A stretch of 45,922 nt of DNA from Bacillota bacterium (GCA_029007865.1 JAQXIQ010000148.1:1-45922); one strand, 5' to 3'; positions 18,198-28,104 are shown, numbered from the stretch's first letter. The notes: generated by a model from the sequence alone, not told the origin. Program-made: numbers and translations.

Positions 18198-20106
18198 CGC
18201 CTTTACCTCCAGTCTTTATAAAGCGTCTGATCTTTTTGAATATCGCCTTGCCTACAAAGAACACAACCAGTACCACAATGCCGGTCATTATATAAGGCAT
18301 TGCCACTTCCATGCGTTCATTGCGAAGCTTTGCATACGCCTCGGCATATTCGCTCTGATTATAAGCGCGCATAAAGTTCTCGCACGCCGACTCGTATTCT
18401 CCGCGGACATACTGAATTCTTCCGATCCCGGTATAAGCCAGTCTGGAATTGGACGCCTGATCCAGTACCTGTTCCCAGAGTCTTACCGCCTCGTCATACT
18501 CTCTGTTCTGCTGACACATCGTAGCGCGGCGTATGAGCTTACCGTATTCGGTAGGCTTGAACAACGTTATACGCGCCGTTTTGGAATCCAGTACGGCAAT
18601 GATCATCTGCGTGTAGGTTTCCGCCTCTTCATCGTCCGGAGCTATAATACCGTCCTCCACGGCGGCAAAAGTCAGGATGTTGATTGCGGCCGGTTCGGCA
18701 AAAGCGCCCTCTGCGCTTCCCTTGGCTCCGAATATAAAGAGCAGTTCGCCGGAGTTATTATAAGTAAATATCCTGCCCTTCTCGCTATCAAGGGCGCTGT
18801 AGATTCCGTCGGACGCAACCGCAATGTCCACCATTTTGGAGAACTCGCTGCGCTCCTGGTAATAACCGAGGTCGCCGGACGGCGGATACACGTCATTACG
18901 CACGAGGATATCCGAGCCGGTAGGAGCGATTCTTTTTATTGCCGCACCTATCTCGGACTTGCTGTTGAAGTGGCTGAACAGATCAGCCGCTTCCAGCGCA
19001 TTTATTGTACCGAATATCATTCCGTCAGCGTCCAGGCAAACATTGCTGTATTCCGTTGAAAGATTCAGCTTGGAGCCTGCTTTCTGCTCATCGGTCAGTA
19101 TCCTGCGCAGCAGTGTCGAGAGTGTCTGCTTAACCTTTGTAGCGCCTGTAAACTTTGTGAACGAGCCGTCGGAGCTAAGCTCGATAAGGCCCTTATGGTT
19201 TCCCTTGGAAACGACATACATGGTGCCTCCGTCCGAAACAACCACCTTTATGGGCTTATACTTTCCGCCGGTGGTGTTGTCTCCAGAAGTGTTGCCTTCA
19301 CCGGTTTCGCCCCCTTCGGTTTCGCCTTCGCCGGACTCACCTTCGCCTGCCTCGCCCTCCTGCTCCGTATCGGAACCGTTGTCGGCGTCAGCGGACTGGT
19401 CGGTATCGCCCGTATTATTCTGATCCGTGTCGGTATCTCCGGAAGGCTCATCTGTAGCACCGGGATCTGTTACTGTTGCGTTTTCGTCCTCTGCATTGAG
19501 CAATTCATCCAGCCCCGCAGGCTTGTTGAAGATCATATCGCAGGCATACTGGCCGGACTCGTCCAGGGTAAACCTTACGATACGTCCGTTGCCGGTATCG
19601 CAGACATAGAGCTGGCCGGCATTGTTGAATGTCAAGCCCTCCGGGCTTGAAAGACGGTATCTCTGACCGTTATACATAAACCCGGTTATGTCTGTAGTTT
19701 CCTGGGTATACTGAAGATTGCCGTTTTCGTCAAGCAAGGGCTCGCCGTTCTCGTCCACCACCAACACCGTTTTTACGGATTCCATTTTGGTGGAAATGTA
19801 TTGCTTGAGCTGGTACTTCTTGTCGATAATAATTATGCGGCTGTTTCCGGTATCCGCTATGGCAATATCTCCGTTGACCGTGGATGCTGCCATATCAGAC
19901 GGATTGAGCATGCCCTGGCTGTTCTCCCCCGTCTGGACGCCCATTGTAACGGCGTCGATTATTTTATACGGAGTATAAGCCTGCGGCTCGGCGGTGACCC
20001 AACCCTTATTGAAATTGTAGTTCTGGTACGGGGCCGCGAATGCAGTTGCGGTAAACATGCAGCATATAAGCGCAATCGCAACTCCGGTCAATAACTTTTT
20101 AATCAT
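18190..20106 (-). CDS. NHL-repeat beta-propeller/TPR protein with signal peptide and C-terminal TM anchor
   Basis: IADTGNSRI, LYVCDTGNGRI repeats; TPR-like WEQVLDQASNSRLAYTGIG; terminal TM plus basic tail. Confidence 0.85.
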   Translation of the reverse strand: MIKKLLTGVAIALICCMFTATAFAAPYQNYNFNKGWVTAEPQAYTPYKIIDAVTMGVQTGENSQGMLNPSDMAASTVNGDIAIADTGNSRIIIIDKKYQLKQYISTKMESVKTVLVVDENGEPLLDENGNLQYTQETTDITGFMYNGQRYRLSSPEGLTFNNAGQLYVCDTGNGRIVRFTLDESGQYACDMIFNKPAGLDELLNAEDENATVTDPGATDEPSGDTDTDQNNTGDTDQSADADNGSDTEQEGEAGEGESGEGETEGGETGEGNTSGDNTTGGKYKPIKVVVSDGGTMYVVSKGNHKGLIELSSDGSFTKFTGATKVKQTLSTLLRRILTDEQKAGSKLNLSTEYSNVCLDADGMIFGTINALEAADLFSHFNSKSEIGAAIKRIAPTGSDILVRNDVYPPSGDLGYYQERSEFSKMVDIAVASDGIYSALDSEKGRIFTYNNSGELLFIFGAKGSAEGAFAEPAAINILTFAAVEDGIIAPDDEEAETYTQMIIAVLDSKTARITLFKPTEYGKLIRRATMCQQNREYDEAVRLWEQVLDQASNSRLAYTGIGRIQYVRGEYESACENFMRAYNQSEYAEAYAKLRNERMEVAMPYIMTGIVVLVVFFVGKAIFKKIRRFIKTGGKGDE

Positions 20107-20123
20107 TTTATCCGCTTGCCTCC

Positions 20124-20981
20124 TTAATCCTTCATTCCCGAGGTAGCCATGGTCTCGATAATGTTGCTCTGCGAAATGACGAACATTATTATCGGAACCG
20201 ACATCATAACCACTGTTACGGCGTTACCCACGCCTGCACGCGCTATGCCGACAGATATGATCTGCTGCAGCGCGTAGGACAGAGTCTTAAGGCTCTCGGA
20301 CTGAATATAGATGGATGCACCCATATTCCACAGTCCCTGTACGGCGAATATCATAAGTGTAAGCCATGCGCTTTTGATATTGGGCATTACTATGGACCAG
20401 AATACTCTGAGATGACTTGCGCCGTCAACCCGTGCGGCTTCCACAACTGCCATCGGTATCTGGGTCATAAAGCTTCTGATAAGGTGCAGGCCCAGTGCCG
20501 AAGCAAAGACGGGAACTATAAGTGCCCACTGGCTGTCGACAAAGCCCAAGGAAGACATTATCATATATGACGGTATCCACAGCACCGCTCCGTTGAACAT
20601 AAGAGCAAGCTCTATCATCTTTGTGATGAAGCGGTTTCCGGGGAAGCGATGCAGCGCCAGCGCAAAAGCGCACAGCGAGCAGCATATTATCTGGCCTATT
20701 GTACCGACGCCGGTAATGAATATGGTATTGAAGAAATACCGGGTAAACGGCACCCATGAGGTATTCATCAGCACGAACAGGTCGGAGTAATTCTTTGTGG
20801 TCCAGTTCTGCGGGAAGATTGTAGGCGGAAACCTGAACAGCTCATCTGTAGGTTTGAAGGAGCTGCCTATTGCAAAAAGCATGGGCAGAACCATAAACGC
20901 GCCGATCAGAACAAGGAACAGCACGGTGGCGATGTCGCCGCCCAGCGAACGGTTGACTTTTTTCTTTCTTATACGAGCCAT
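20124..20981 (-). CDS. Carbohydrate ABC transporter permease (MalG type)
   Basis: VEAARVDGAS EAA loop; SFKP..ELF.FPP. Confidence 0.93.
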   Translation of the reverse strand: MARIRKKKVNRSLGGDIATVLFLVLIGAFMVLPMLFAIGSSFKPTDELFRFPPTIFPQNWTTKNYSDLFVLMNTSWVPFTRYFFNTIFITGVGTIGQIICCSLCAFALALHRFPGNRFITKMIELALMFNGAVLWIPSYMIMSSLGFVDSQWALIVPVFASALGLHLIRSFMTQIPMAVVEAARVDGASHLRVFWSIVMPNIKSAWLTLMIFAVQGLWNMGASIYIQSESLKTLSYALQQIISVGIARAGVGNAVTVVMMSVPIIMFVISQSNIIETMATSGMKD

Positions 20982-20983
20982 TA

Positions 20984-21934
20984 TCAGTCACCCACCTTGC
21001 TTATGATCTTTTGTGCCAGCTTATTGCACACTATCATCAGGAAGAACAGCAGCGTAGCCAGCGCACAGGCATAGCCCATTTCCATACGGGATCCGCCGTA
21101 ATCCTGGATATGCAGGATAAGTGTATGCGCTACATAGTCCTGCGTGGGATAACCCGCAAGCGCCGTTATCTGATCGCCGACCGAGAAAGCGCCGGTAATA
21201 CTCATTATTGCGCTGAAGAGCATCTGAGGACGCATATACGGAAGGGTGACGTACCAAAGCTCCTGCCAACGGTTTTTAACGCCGTCCAGCGCAGCAGCCT
21301 CATACAGCGTTTTGTCAACATTCTGCAAACCTGCGATAAATGTAAGGAAGGATACGCCCAGCGACGACCATAGCATCACTATGATCACGCACGGGACTAT
21401 ATAAGTCGTGTCCTCCAGCCAACGTATGTTCTGCGTTATCAGCCCCAGCTTGAGCAGGTTACCGTTTAAGTAGCCGTACGTATCGGATGAGAATATCAGC
21501 TTCCACACGACGTATACGTTAGCCAGCGTCGGCGCGTAGTATATCAGCGTCATAAGCGCCCTTACTTTGGGCGACAGCTCGTTGATCAGCCATGCAAAGA
21601 ACAGAGAAAGAATATATCCGCCCGGCCCCAGTATCACGGCAAAGAGCATGGTATTCTTTAAGGCGGTCATGAACAGATCGTCCGCAATAAACATTCTGGT
21701 GTAGTTATCCCAGAAAATAAACTTGGGAGCCTCCAGAATATTGAAGTATGTAAAGCCGTAGTATATTGCGGTTATGACCGGCAAAACCGTCAGAGTAATA
21801 AACACCAGCATAAACGGCAGCATGAATAAATACAGAATTTTGTTCTTCCATGCTTCCTTAAGCTTGGTTTTCATATAGTGCCCAAGAAAGCTCTGCTGCT
21901 TGGGCGCTGACTGTGCCTGCATTTCGTTTGTCAT
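20984..21934 (-). CDS. Carbohydrate ABC transporter permease (MalF type)
   Basis: LYEAAALDGVKNRWQELWYVTLP; MGYACA. Confidence 0.93.
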   Translation of the reverse strand: MTNEMQAQSAPKQQSFLGHYMKTKLKEAWKNKILYLFMLPFMLVFITLTVLPVITAIYYGFTYFNILEAPKFIFWDNYTRMFIADDLFMTALKNTMLFAVILGPGGYILSLFFAWLINELSPKVRALMTLIYYAPTLANVYVVWKLIFSSDTYGYLNGNLLKLGLITQNIRWLEDTTYIVPCVIIVMLWSSLGVSFLTFIAGLQNVDKTLYEAAALDGVKNRWQELWYVTLPYMRPQMLFSAIMSITGAFSVGDQITALAGYPTQDYVAHTLILHIQDYGGSRMEMGYACALATLLFFLMIVCNKLAQKIISKVGD

Positions 21935-21946
21935 CCTCTTCCCTCC

Positions 21947-24900
21947 TTACCACAAATCCTTGTTATCAAGTTTATCTTTAAACTCGTCTCTCTTACGGGC
22001 AATCTCATCGTTAACGATCTTGGAATACTCAAGCAGCACAAGGTTGCTGTCGGAGTTTGTATTGATAACTTCCTTCCATGCGAACTCGACATTCCTGCCC
22101 ATATAATAGGAGCCGGGAACTTCGGGAATTCCTACAACATAATTCCATTGATCCTTGATGGCTTCAAGCGATTTTTTGTCCCACGGAAGCTGCTCCACGG
22201 CGGCCATATTGGCTGTCTGGTAACGCGCCGCGCTGCCCAGCAAGCTCTCTATCTCGCGCCCGAACAGAGCCTGAGCCTCCGTTCCCGTCCACCAAGCCAT
22301 AAACCTCCAGGCATTTTCCCTGTTTTTGCAGGTGGACATCATAATGCAGGCGGTAACGCTTCCGGCTGTGGAGTAATCAATGGTACCGTCCTCTTTAACG
22401 GTGCCGGGAACCTTCTTGAACTCCCACAGGCCGTCTATTTCGGGAGCGAAGACGCTCAGCAGATTGTATGAGCTGTATCCCGCTATGGACACCGGGATCT
22501 CACCGGAACGGAAGCGGTTTGCAAAGTCATAGGAGTTGGGCAGACGGTTAACGGTAAAGAGGTTGGTCCACATCTTGAAGGCGTCCAGCGCCTCATCGGA
22601 ATCAAGATTTCCGGTTATTCCGTCATATTCGTACTCATCGCTCATTTTATAGATGGTACCGCCGCGCTGATAGAGCAGGGTGGCATACAGATTCAGCGTT
22701 CCGCCCACAACACCCAGTGCCGGGACCGGCATACCGAAGTTCATGCTCTTGTTCTGCAGCAGCGGGAGCAACTTGTAAATATCGTCCCAGGTATTAAGCT
22801 GGGTATCCGGATCCACGCCAAGCTCCTCAAGAATATCCGTTCTGTAATAAAGCATGGGGAAATCCTGCGTTTCCGGGAGTCCGTATACGCCGGTACGGAA
22901 GCGAAGCGGGGTAAGCGCGCTCTCATGGAACTGAGCAAAGACTTCGTCCCGTCCCTCGAAAGACTCATCGTTGAGGTTTACCACCGCGCCGCGCAGCGCA
23001 TAGTTAACCGCGTCGCTGGAGCCTCTGGTAAGGCAGACATCGGGGCCGTTGCCCGCAAGGGTCGCAGGCAGCAGCGCGCCGGAAGCCACCAGCTTGAGGT
23101 TTATGGCTATATTATACTGAACGGTAAAGCGAGAGTCTATGATCTGCTTAAGAACATTGGCGTTATCGCGGTTGCCGGCGTTTCCCGCGCCCGTCTCAAC
23201 CCAAACATTTACCGGCTCCTCGTCCCCTTCAACGGTAACGGAGCCGATGGTGTCATAATCCTCTGTAAAGGATGCAATAAAGGAGGAAATCTCATGCCAC
23301 AGCCTATCAAAGAAGCCGGCATCGCCTGCCGGAAGCTCACGCTCCGGAGCGCAGATGATAATATAATCCATCTGAAGCGGCTGCTCACGCATATCGTTGA
23401 TCCAGGTGCCAAGAGCGGCGATATTGTCTTTAAGGTCGGCGAAGCGCTCCTTGAGGGTATCCATCCTTCTTTCGATATCGTCCAGGATGAGTATCAGCTT
23501 TCTGATGATGCTTGACTGCTCGTTTGCCTTGCCGTCATAGGCATCCTTGACCTGCTGCTCAATATCCTTGAGGTTTTCGTTCTCCTGACGGAATATGCTA
23601 AGTGCCTCGGTGGCCACCTTATCAAACTGGTAATCGCGGTTAATATCAGGATCGGCACCGGTGAGCATCAGTATCTGGCGATAAGCGACATTGAGCTGAG
23701 AAAGGCTCTGCTCCGCCTGTCTGAGCGTATCGCTCAGGTCACCCAGGGTCACATCAAGGCGCAGCGTGTGTACGCCCTTGTCAAAATAGAACATCATGTA
23801 TTCGCTGCCGTCGTTACCGGCACCTACCGCATACATCTTGTAACCGGTGGAATAACCGAACTTGAGATCCTGAGTCTCGCTGCACACCTCTTTGCCGTCA
23901 AGAAGCATGCGTCTGTGAGCGTTTGCACCGCCCACAACATTCTGCTTTGCCTTAAAGGCTATCTTATAGAGTCCGGCCTCTTTGACCTCAAAAGACCACT
24001 CCATCCAGGAGCCGACATTCTGCCACTTGTCGCCGCCTATGGAGTTAAGGCGGATCTTGCTGGCATGGTAAGGCTCCATGCTGGGGGTGGAACGGTCGCC
24101 TATGGCATAAAGCGTCGGGTCGCTTTTATCGGAAGGATCCTCTGCCTGGATCTTTATAAACGTATCGTCGTTATCCTGTACGGGCGCATATCCTTTGGCC
24201 TCATATTCTTCCTGCAGCTGGCTGTAGGATTTGACCTCGTCCCTCTGATATATAACAACCTGAGATATGGCAAAGCTTTCGCTGATGGGCGAAAAGGCTA
24301 TTATATGCTCTCCCTTTGTAAGATAGAAGGAAAGCGGCTCGGAATAATATCCGAGATAATCCCGGAGCTCTCCGACCTGCCATGCTTCCTTCTCTATCTG
24401 GAAGGGTCTGAGGTCGTTATTGGTTTTTTCGTCGCGCTGAACGGGGGTCTCATTTTTCCACTGACGGGAAAACTGAACCTGCCTTGCGTCATAAAACGGC
24501 AGCTGTCCGTCAATATATACAGCTCTGGAGACAGACGACCCCTTGGATGTATATTCAATGACGCTGCTGCCGGTTTCCACCTTAAAGCTGGTAAAGTTAT
24601 AATAGTTTACCCGCACATTATACAGCCCGTCCTGAGGAACGGTGACCTTCCATGCGATAATTTTATCGTCTGAGGAGAGCACCGCCTCAATTCCGCCGAA
24701 GTTGCCCGTAGGCATCTTTTCGTCGCTTATGCTGAAATCCGAGTTAAGCACCAGATGCTCGTCATAAGGCAGGACGATATTCACATCCGGACGTGCCGCC
24801 CCGGCATACTGCGCCAGATATTCATTATATTCTTTATGATCCGCTTTGTTAACGGTGCCGGTGCTGCCGGTATCGGTATTACCGGTCTGCTCCTCGTTTT

Positions 24901-25018
24901 CGATGCCGGTACCCCCGGAGCCTGTGTTGTCTCCGTCGGCAAAGGCACTGAGTCCAAGCATCGATACGGCCATGAAGACAGTAAGCAGTGCTGCCAGCAG
25001 CTTTTTCCCGATAGCCAT
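21947..25018 (-). CDS. Large (~1020 aa) extracellular solute-binding protein with N-terminal beta-sandwich (CBM-like) domains
   Basis: Sec signal peptide (..LSAFA) without lipobox; C-terminal SBP family 1 motifs (LAGNGPDV, YGLPETQDFPMLYYRTDI, AWRFMAWW); GGAGG RBS supports ATG 25018. Confidence 0.88.
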   Translation of the reverse strand: MAIGKKLLAALLTVFMAVSMLGLSAFADGDNTGSGGTGIENEEQTGNTDTGSTGTVNKADHKEYNEYLAQYAGAARPDVNIVLPYDEHLVLNSDFSISDEKMPTGNFGGIEAVLSSDDKIIAWKVTVPQDGLYNVRVNYYNFTSFKVETGSSVIEYTSKGSSVSRAVYIDGQLPFYDARQVQFSRQWKNETPVQRDEKTNNDLRPFQIEKEAWQVGELRDYLGYYSEPLSFYLTKGEHIIAFSPISESFAISQVVIYQRDEVKSYSQLQEEYEAKGYAPVQDNDDTFIKIQAEDPSDKSDPTLYAIGDRSTPSMEPYHASKIRLNSIGGDKWQNVGSWMEWSFEVKEAGLYKIAFKAKQNVVGGANAHRRMLLDGKEVCSETQDLKFGYSTGYKMYAVGAGNDGSEYMMFYFDKGVHTLRLDVTLGDLSDTLRQAEQSLSQLNVAYRQILMLTGADPDINRDYQFDKVATEALSIFRQENENLKDIEQQVKDAYDGKANEQSSIIRKLILILDDIERRMDTLKERFADLKDNIAALGTWINDMREQPLQMDYIIICAPERELPAGDAGFFDRLWHEISSFIASFTEDYDTIGSVTVEGDEEPVNVWVETGAGNAGNRDNANVLKQIIDSRFTVQYNIAINLKLVASGALLPATLAGNGPDVCLTRGSSDAVNYALRGAVVNLNDESFEGRDEVFAQFHESALTPLRFRTGVYGLPETQDFPMLYYRTDILEELGVDPDTQLNTWDDIYKLLPLLQNKSMNFGMPVPALGVVGGTLNLYATLLYQRGGTIYKMSDEYEYDGITGNLDSDEALDAFKMWTNLFTVNRLPNSYDFANRFRSGEIPVSIAGYSSYNLLSVFAPEIDGLWEFKKVPGTVKEDGTIDYSTAGSVTACIMMSTCKNRENAWRFMAWWTGTEAQALFGREIESLLGSAARYQTANMAAVEQLPWDKKSLEAIKDQWNYVVGIPEVPGSYYMGRNVEFAWKEVINTNSDSNLVLLEYSKIVNDEIARKRDEFKDKLDNKDLW

Positions 25019-25100
25019 AAAATTCCCTCCGTTTAAATATGATACATTCTTAGCCGAATAAGCATTCCCGTCAATCGAAATCCCTATTGCACGCCATTGT

Positions 25101-25117
25101 GGGACGAAATTTGTCCC
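25101..25117. promoter_or_regulatory. Putative operator O1
   Basis: GGGAC-GAAATTT-GTCCC palindrome. Confidence 0.6.
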
Positions 25118-25161
25118 TCTTTGAAATGAGAGCAATCCACCCCGTAAATTATAACGGTATT

Positions 25162-25191
25162 ATCATAATTCATTTACCCCCTGAATGTCAA
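25162..25191 (-). promoter_or_regulatory. Sigma-A promoter of the ABC operon
   Basis: TTGACA-N18-TATGAT. Confidence 0.6.
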
Positions 25192-25262
25192 TGAATTTTG
25201 GCGGCTTTTTAATATAAGACCGAGGCAGAAAAAGCAGTTTTTTGCCGAAAAAGCGTTATAGC

Positions 25263-25279
25263 GGGACGAAATAAGTCCC
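25263..25279. promoter_or_regulatory. Putative operator O2
   Basis: GGGAC-GAAATAA-GTCCC palindrome. Confidence 0.6.
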
Positions 25280-25583
25280 TATTGTTAACATTTCCGCGCG
25301 GTGCTTCCCGGGCATCTGTACGCATTCGTGCATATTAGTGCGATGATTACAAGTATTTTTGTTCACAATACATAACAGACAGCACAGAATATACCTTTTC
25401 ACCTCAGAATCCCCTTTTGCCCGAAAAACAAGCTCAACGGGTTATTATAATGCTAACATGAGTTAAAATAAGCAATTTGATTATTTGCCTCCTGCCTATA
25501 TAATAAAGATATGCACCGGAAGCTCAACGCATGTCCGGTACAAATAAACATCTGAAAGCTCCCGACGGGACACGGTGCAACCA

Positions 25584-28025
25584 ATGACAAAACCCTTATA
25601 TAACGATTTCGGATACACTTGGTGGAAAAACGGCTACACGGGCAGCGACCGCACTCTGTACACCCGCACCAGGCTTTTCGGCGCGGCATTAAGATGCGAC
25701 AGGGGAACAATTGAGCATTTCGGTGCAATAGTCTCTCAAACCGACGAAGACTGCAGCGAAATAGACTGCCTGCCGCCCCTTGAGGTGCTTCCGGTTATCC
25801 GCAAAGACGGAGTGGAGCATTCGCTTGCCGGAATAGAGCCCACCGAAACTTACAGTTCTCCCTTCGGCCAGAGTGCCGAGGCCGGCGTATTTAACCGCAT
25901 ACTGGAAAGCGGACGCATAGTGCAGCGGAATGACCTGATGTTTTACCGCTTTGACGGTACCGACATCGGCGGAAGAATGGAGCTTGCCCTTTTCCCGGAG
26001 CACTGTGCGCTTTCCTTTGAGCTCTTTTCCCCCTGCGACTGTACGGTCAGGCTGACTCTGTCCCTGCGCCGCCCCGGAGCGTCGGCGTGCGAAGGCTCGC
26101 TGATAACACGCAGCGGCGGCAAAACGCAGTATCTCCGCGCAAGCGGGCTGGAGCCATGCGGGGACAGCTTTGCCGTAAACTCCGTGCTGACTCTGAAAGC
26201 CGGTGTTTTCAACGGTATCACGGTTATTCTGCTGCCCTCCCTTGACGGACGCCCTCTGCCCGAAACCGGCATGGTGCAGGTTTCCGCGGAAACTCTTTCG
26301 CCGGAAAAAGGCATTTCCCGCCCCGTATCAAAAACTGCCGACGGTATAATAAACATATCGCAGGATAATATGTTTTCCTGCTTCGGGCAGGACTTTAACG
26401 ATGGGAACATATACACCTGCGACCGTATGCTGCTTACTCTTAAAAACCCATATCCTTATCCGGTGCGTCTCCCGGTACGCTTTGAAAAAAATCCGCCGCT
26501 GTCCATTACCGGGCTGTGTCCGATGCTGCTGGACGAAAACGGCGAGCCCACCGGCATTCCTGTTCAGCTTACGAAAAACTGGCATTACTTCCCCCTGCAG
26601 CAAAGCGAGGTGTCCGGGCATGCCTCCGCAATATCTCCCAAGCGTCATTTTGAAGGGCAGTGGTTCCACGGCTATACCGTTATCGATCTGCCTGCAGGCA
26701 GCGTTACCAGGCTTATATATGCCTGCAGCTTTGCCGCATGGGGCAAACTGTTTGCCGCCAGCCACGCTCAGCTCTGTCTTGCAGGCTGGGGCGGCGGACA
26801 GCAATGGGAGACCAGTGCCGTCGGCTCCTTCGGCGAATCCTTCTGCTATGATATAGCGCGTTCCTGGACCTGGTGCTGTATGGGGGATATCTGTCCGGGC
26901 TTTATATATTCGCGCCTGGAGGGCAGAAAATATGACTGGACAGGCAATATAGGAGGCGGGGACTTTCTGTTTTATATAAGCGGCGGCAGGAGAATCGGCT
27001 TTGCCGCCATGCGTACAGACTTCAGGTCGCAGGGGCCCTGTATGACGGAGGTCTGCTACCGCGGACGCACACAGGACGGCGCGGCGGAGGTCCGGATAGA
27101 GATATTCATGGGCCGCACAAACGATATAGTACACGCTCTGCACCGCTTTGAATACACCTTTGTGCGCGATGTGGAATACGAGCGCATGAGCTTTTATCAG
27201 ATGGGCTCGGACAGCTATAATTACGATTACTGGGATCATGCCTGCATCGGCTCGGAAGACGGGACTGTCAAAAAATACACCATCAAGGGAGAGGGGGAAA
27301 ACAAGGTAGACCTGCCCAAGGACGGCGAATGGGGCGACTATGTCGATTACGGCATAACCCGGCCCGGTATGTACTTCGGGCTATACGGCTGCGAAAGAGG
27401 CCATGCATACGGCGACAAGCTTATGCTCATACATCAGTACGACTCCGTTATAAACGGCGCGAGCCGACCTCCGGTCATGGCGGTACGCACCAGTAATGTT
27501 ATGAACCGCTGGCGCAGCGTTTTCCCGGAGCTTGTACCGCCGGAGCGCTCCGGAAGAATAGAAAAGGGAAGCCATATAAGCGGCTGCGTCGACTATATAT
27601 GCCTCCCCGCCTCAGCAGATGAGTATTACGGAGGCAGCTCCTTCATTAAGGACATTCCGCCCGAAATATTTGATACACCGGAAATATTTGCGCGCCTGAG
27701 CGCTGCCGGACGGATTGAGCTTACAGCGCAGACCGGAGAGGTAGAACGCTTATATCCGCCCCTTATCCGGGCCTGCGGAGATACGGCCGAGTTCACCCTG
27801 CGCGGAGGCTTTGCTTATACTCCGGTAAGTATTAGCGGGCTTTCCGAATACTGCGGCTTTGAATGCCTGCGCACGGAAAACGGCACTTGTATCCCCGTAG
27901 CCGCAGAACAGGAGGTATACGGCAACGATTTCTGGCAATGCCGCTTTGACGCCGAAAGCAATACATATATACTTACCTACAACCTTCCGCAGGGGCACTA
28001 TATTATAAGAAAAAGGCAGCACTGA
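25584..28025 (+). CDS. Large hypothetical protein (~810 aa), no signal peptide
   Basis: Long ORF rich in aromatic residues and Gly; start could be GTG 25575 or ATG 25584. Confidence 0.8.
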   Translation: MTKPLYNDFGYTWWKNGYTGSDRTLYTRTRLFGAALRCDRGTIEHFGAIVSQTDEDCSEIDCLPPLEVLPVIRKDGVEHSLAGIEPTETYSSPFGQSAEAGVFNRILESGRIVQRNDLMFYRFDGTDIGGRMELALFPEHCALSFELFSPCDCTVRLTLSLRRPGASACEGSLITRSGGKTQYLRASGLEPCGDSFAVNSVLTLKAGVFNGITVILLPSLDGRPLPETGMVQVSAETLSPEKGISRPVSKTADGIINISQDNMFSCFGQDFNDGNIYTCDRMLLTLKNPYPYPVRLPVRFEKNPPLSITGLCPMLLDENGEPTGIPVQLTKNWHYFPLQQSEVSGHASAISPKRHFEGQWFHGYTVIDLPAGSVTRLIYACSFAAWGKLFAASHAQLCLAGWGGGQQWETSAVGSFGESFCYDIARSWTWCCMGDICPGFIYSRLEGRKYDWTGNIGGGDFLFYISGGRRIGFAAMRTDFRSQGPCMTEVCYRGRTQDGAAEVRIEIFMGRTNDIVHALHRFEYTFVRDVEYERMSFYQMGSDSYNYDYWDHACIGSEDGTVKKYTIKGEGENKVDLPKDGEWGDYVDYGITRPGMYFGLYGCERGHAYGDKLMLIHQYDSVINGASRPPVMAVRTSNVMNRWRSVFPELVPPERSGRIEKGSHISGCVDYICLPASADEYYGGSSFIKDIPPEIFDTPEIFARLSAAGRIELTAQTGEVERLYPPLIRACGDTAEFTLRGGFAYTPVSISGLSEYCGFECLRTENGTCIPVAAEQEVYGNDFWQCRFDAESNTYILTYNLPQGHYIIRKRQH

Positions 28026-28104
28026 GCCGCGAAAGCACAAAGCCTGTTGCTTTATGCAAAATACGGCGGGCGGGCTGCGGCAGCAAACAGCACCGGGCAT
28101 TTTT

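Noticed and set aside
25019-25135. N-terminal extensions given by the ORF track (also 3755-3790, 5068-5271, 34723-34800, 37601-37660, 38671-38907)
   Set aside because: Downstream ATGs have strong RBSs and family-typical N-termini; the extensions overlap promoters or operators
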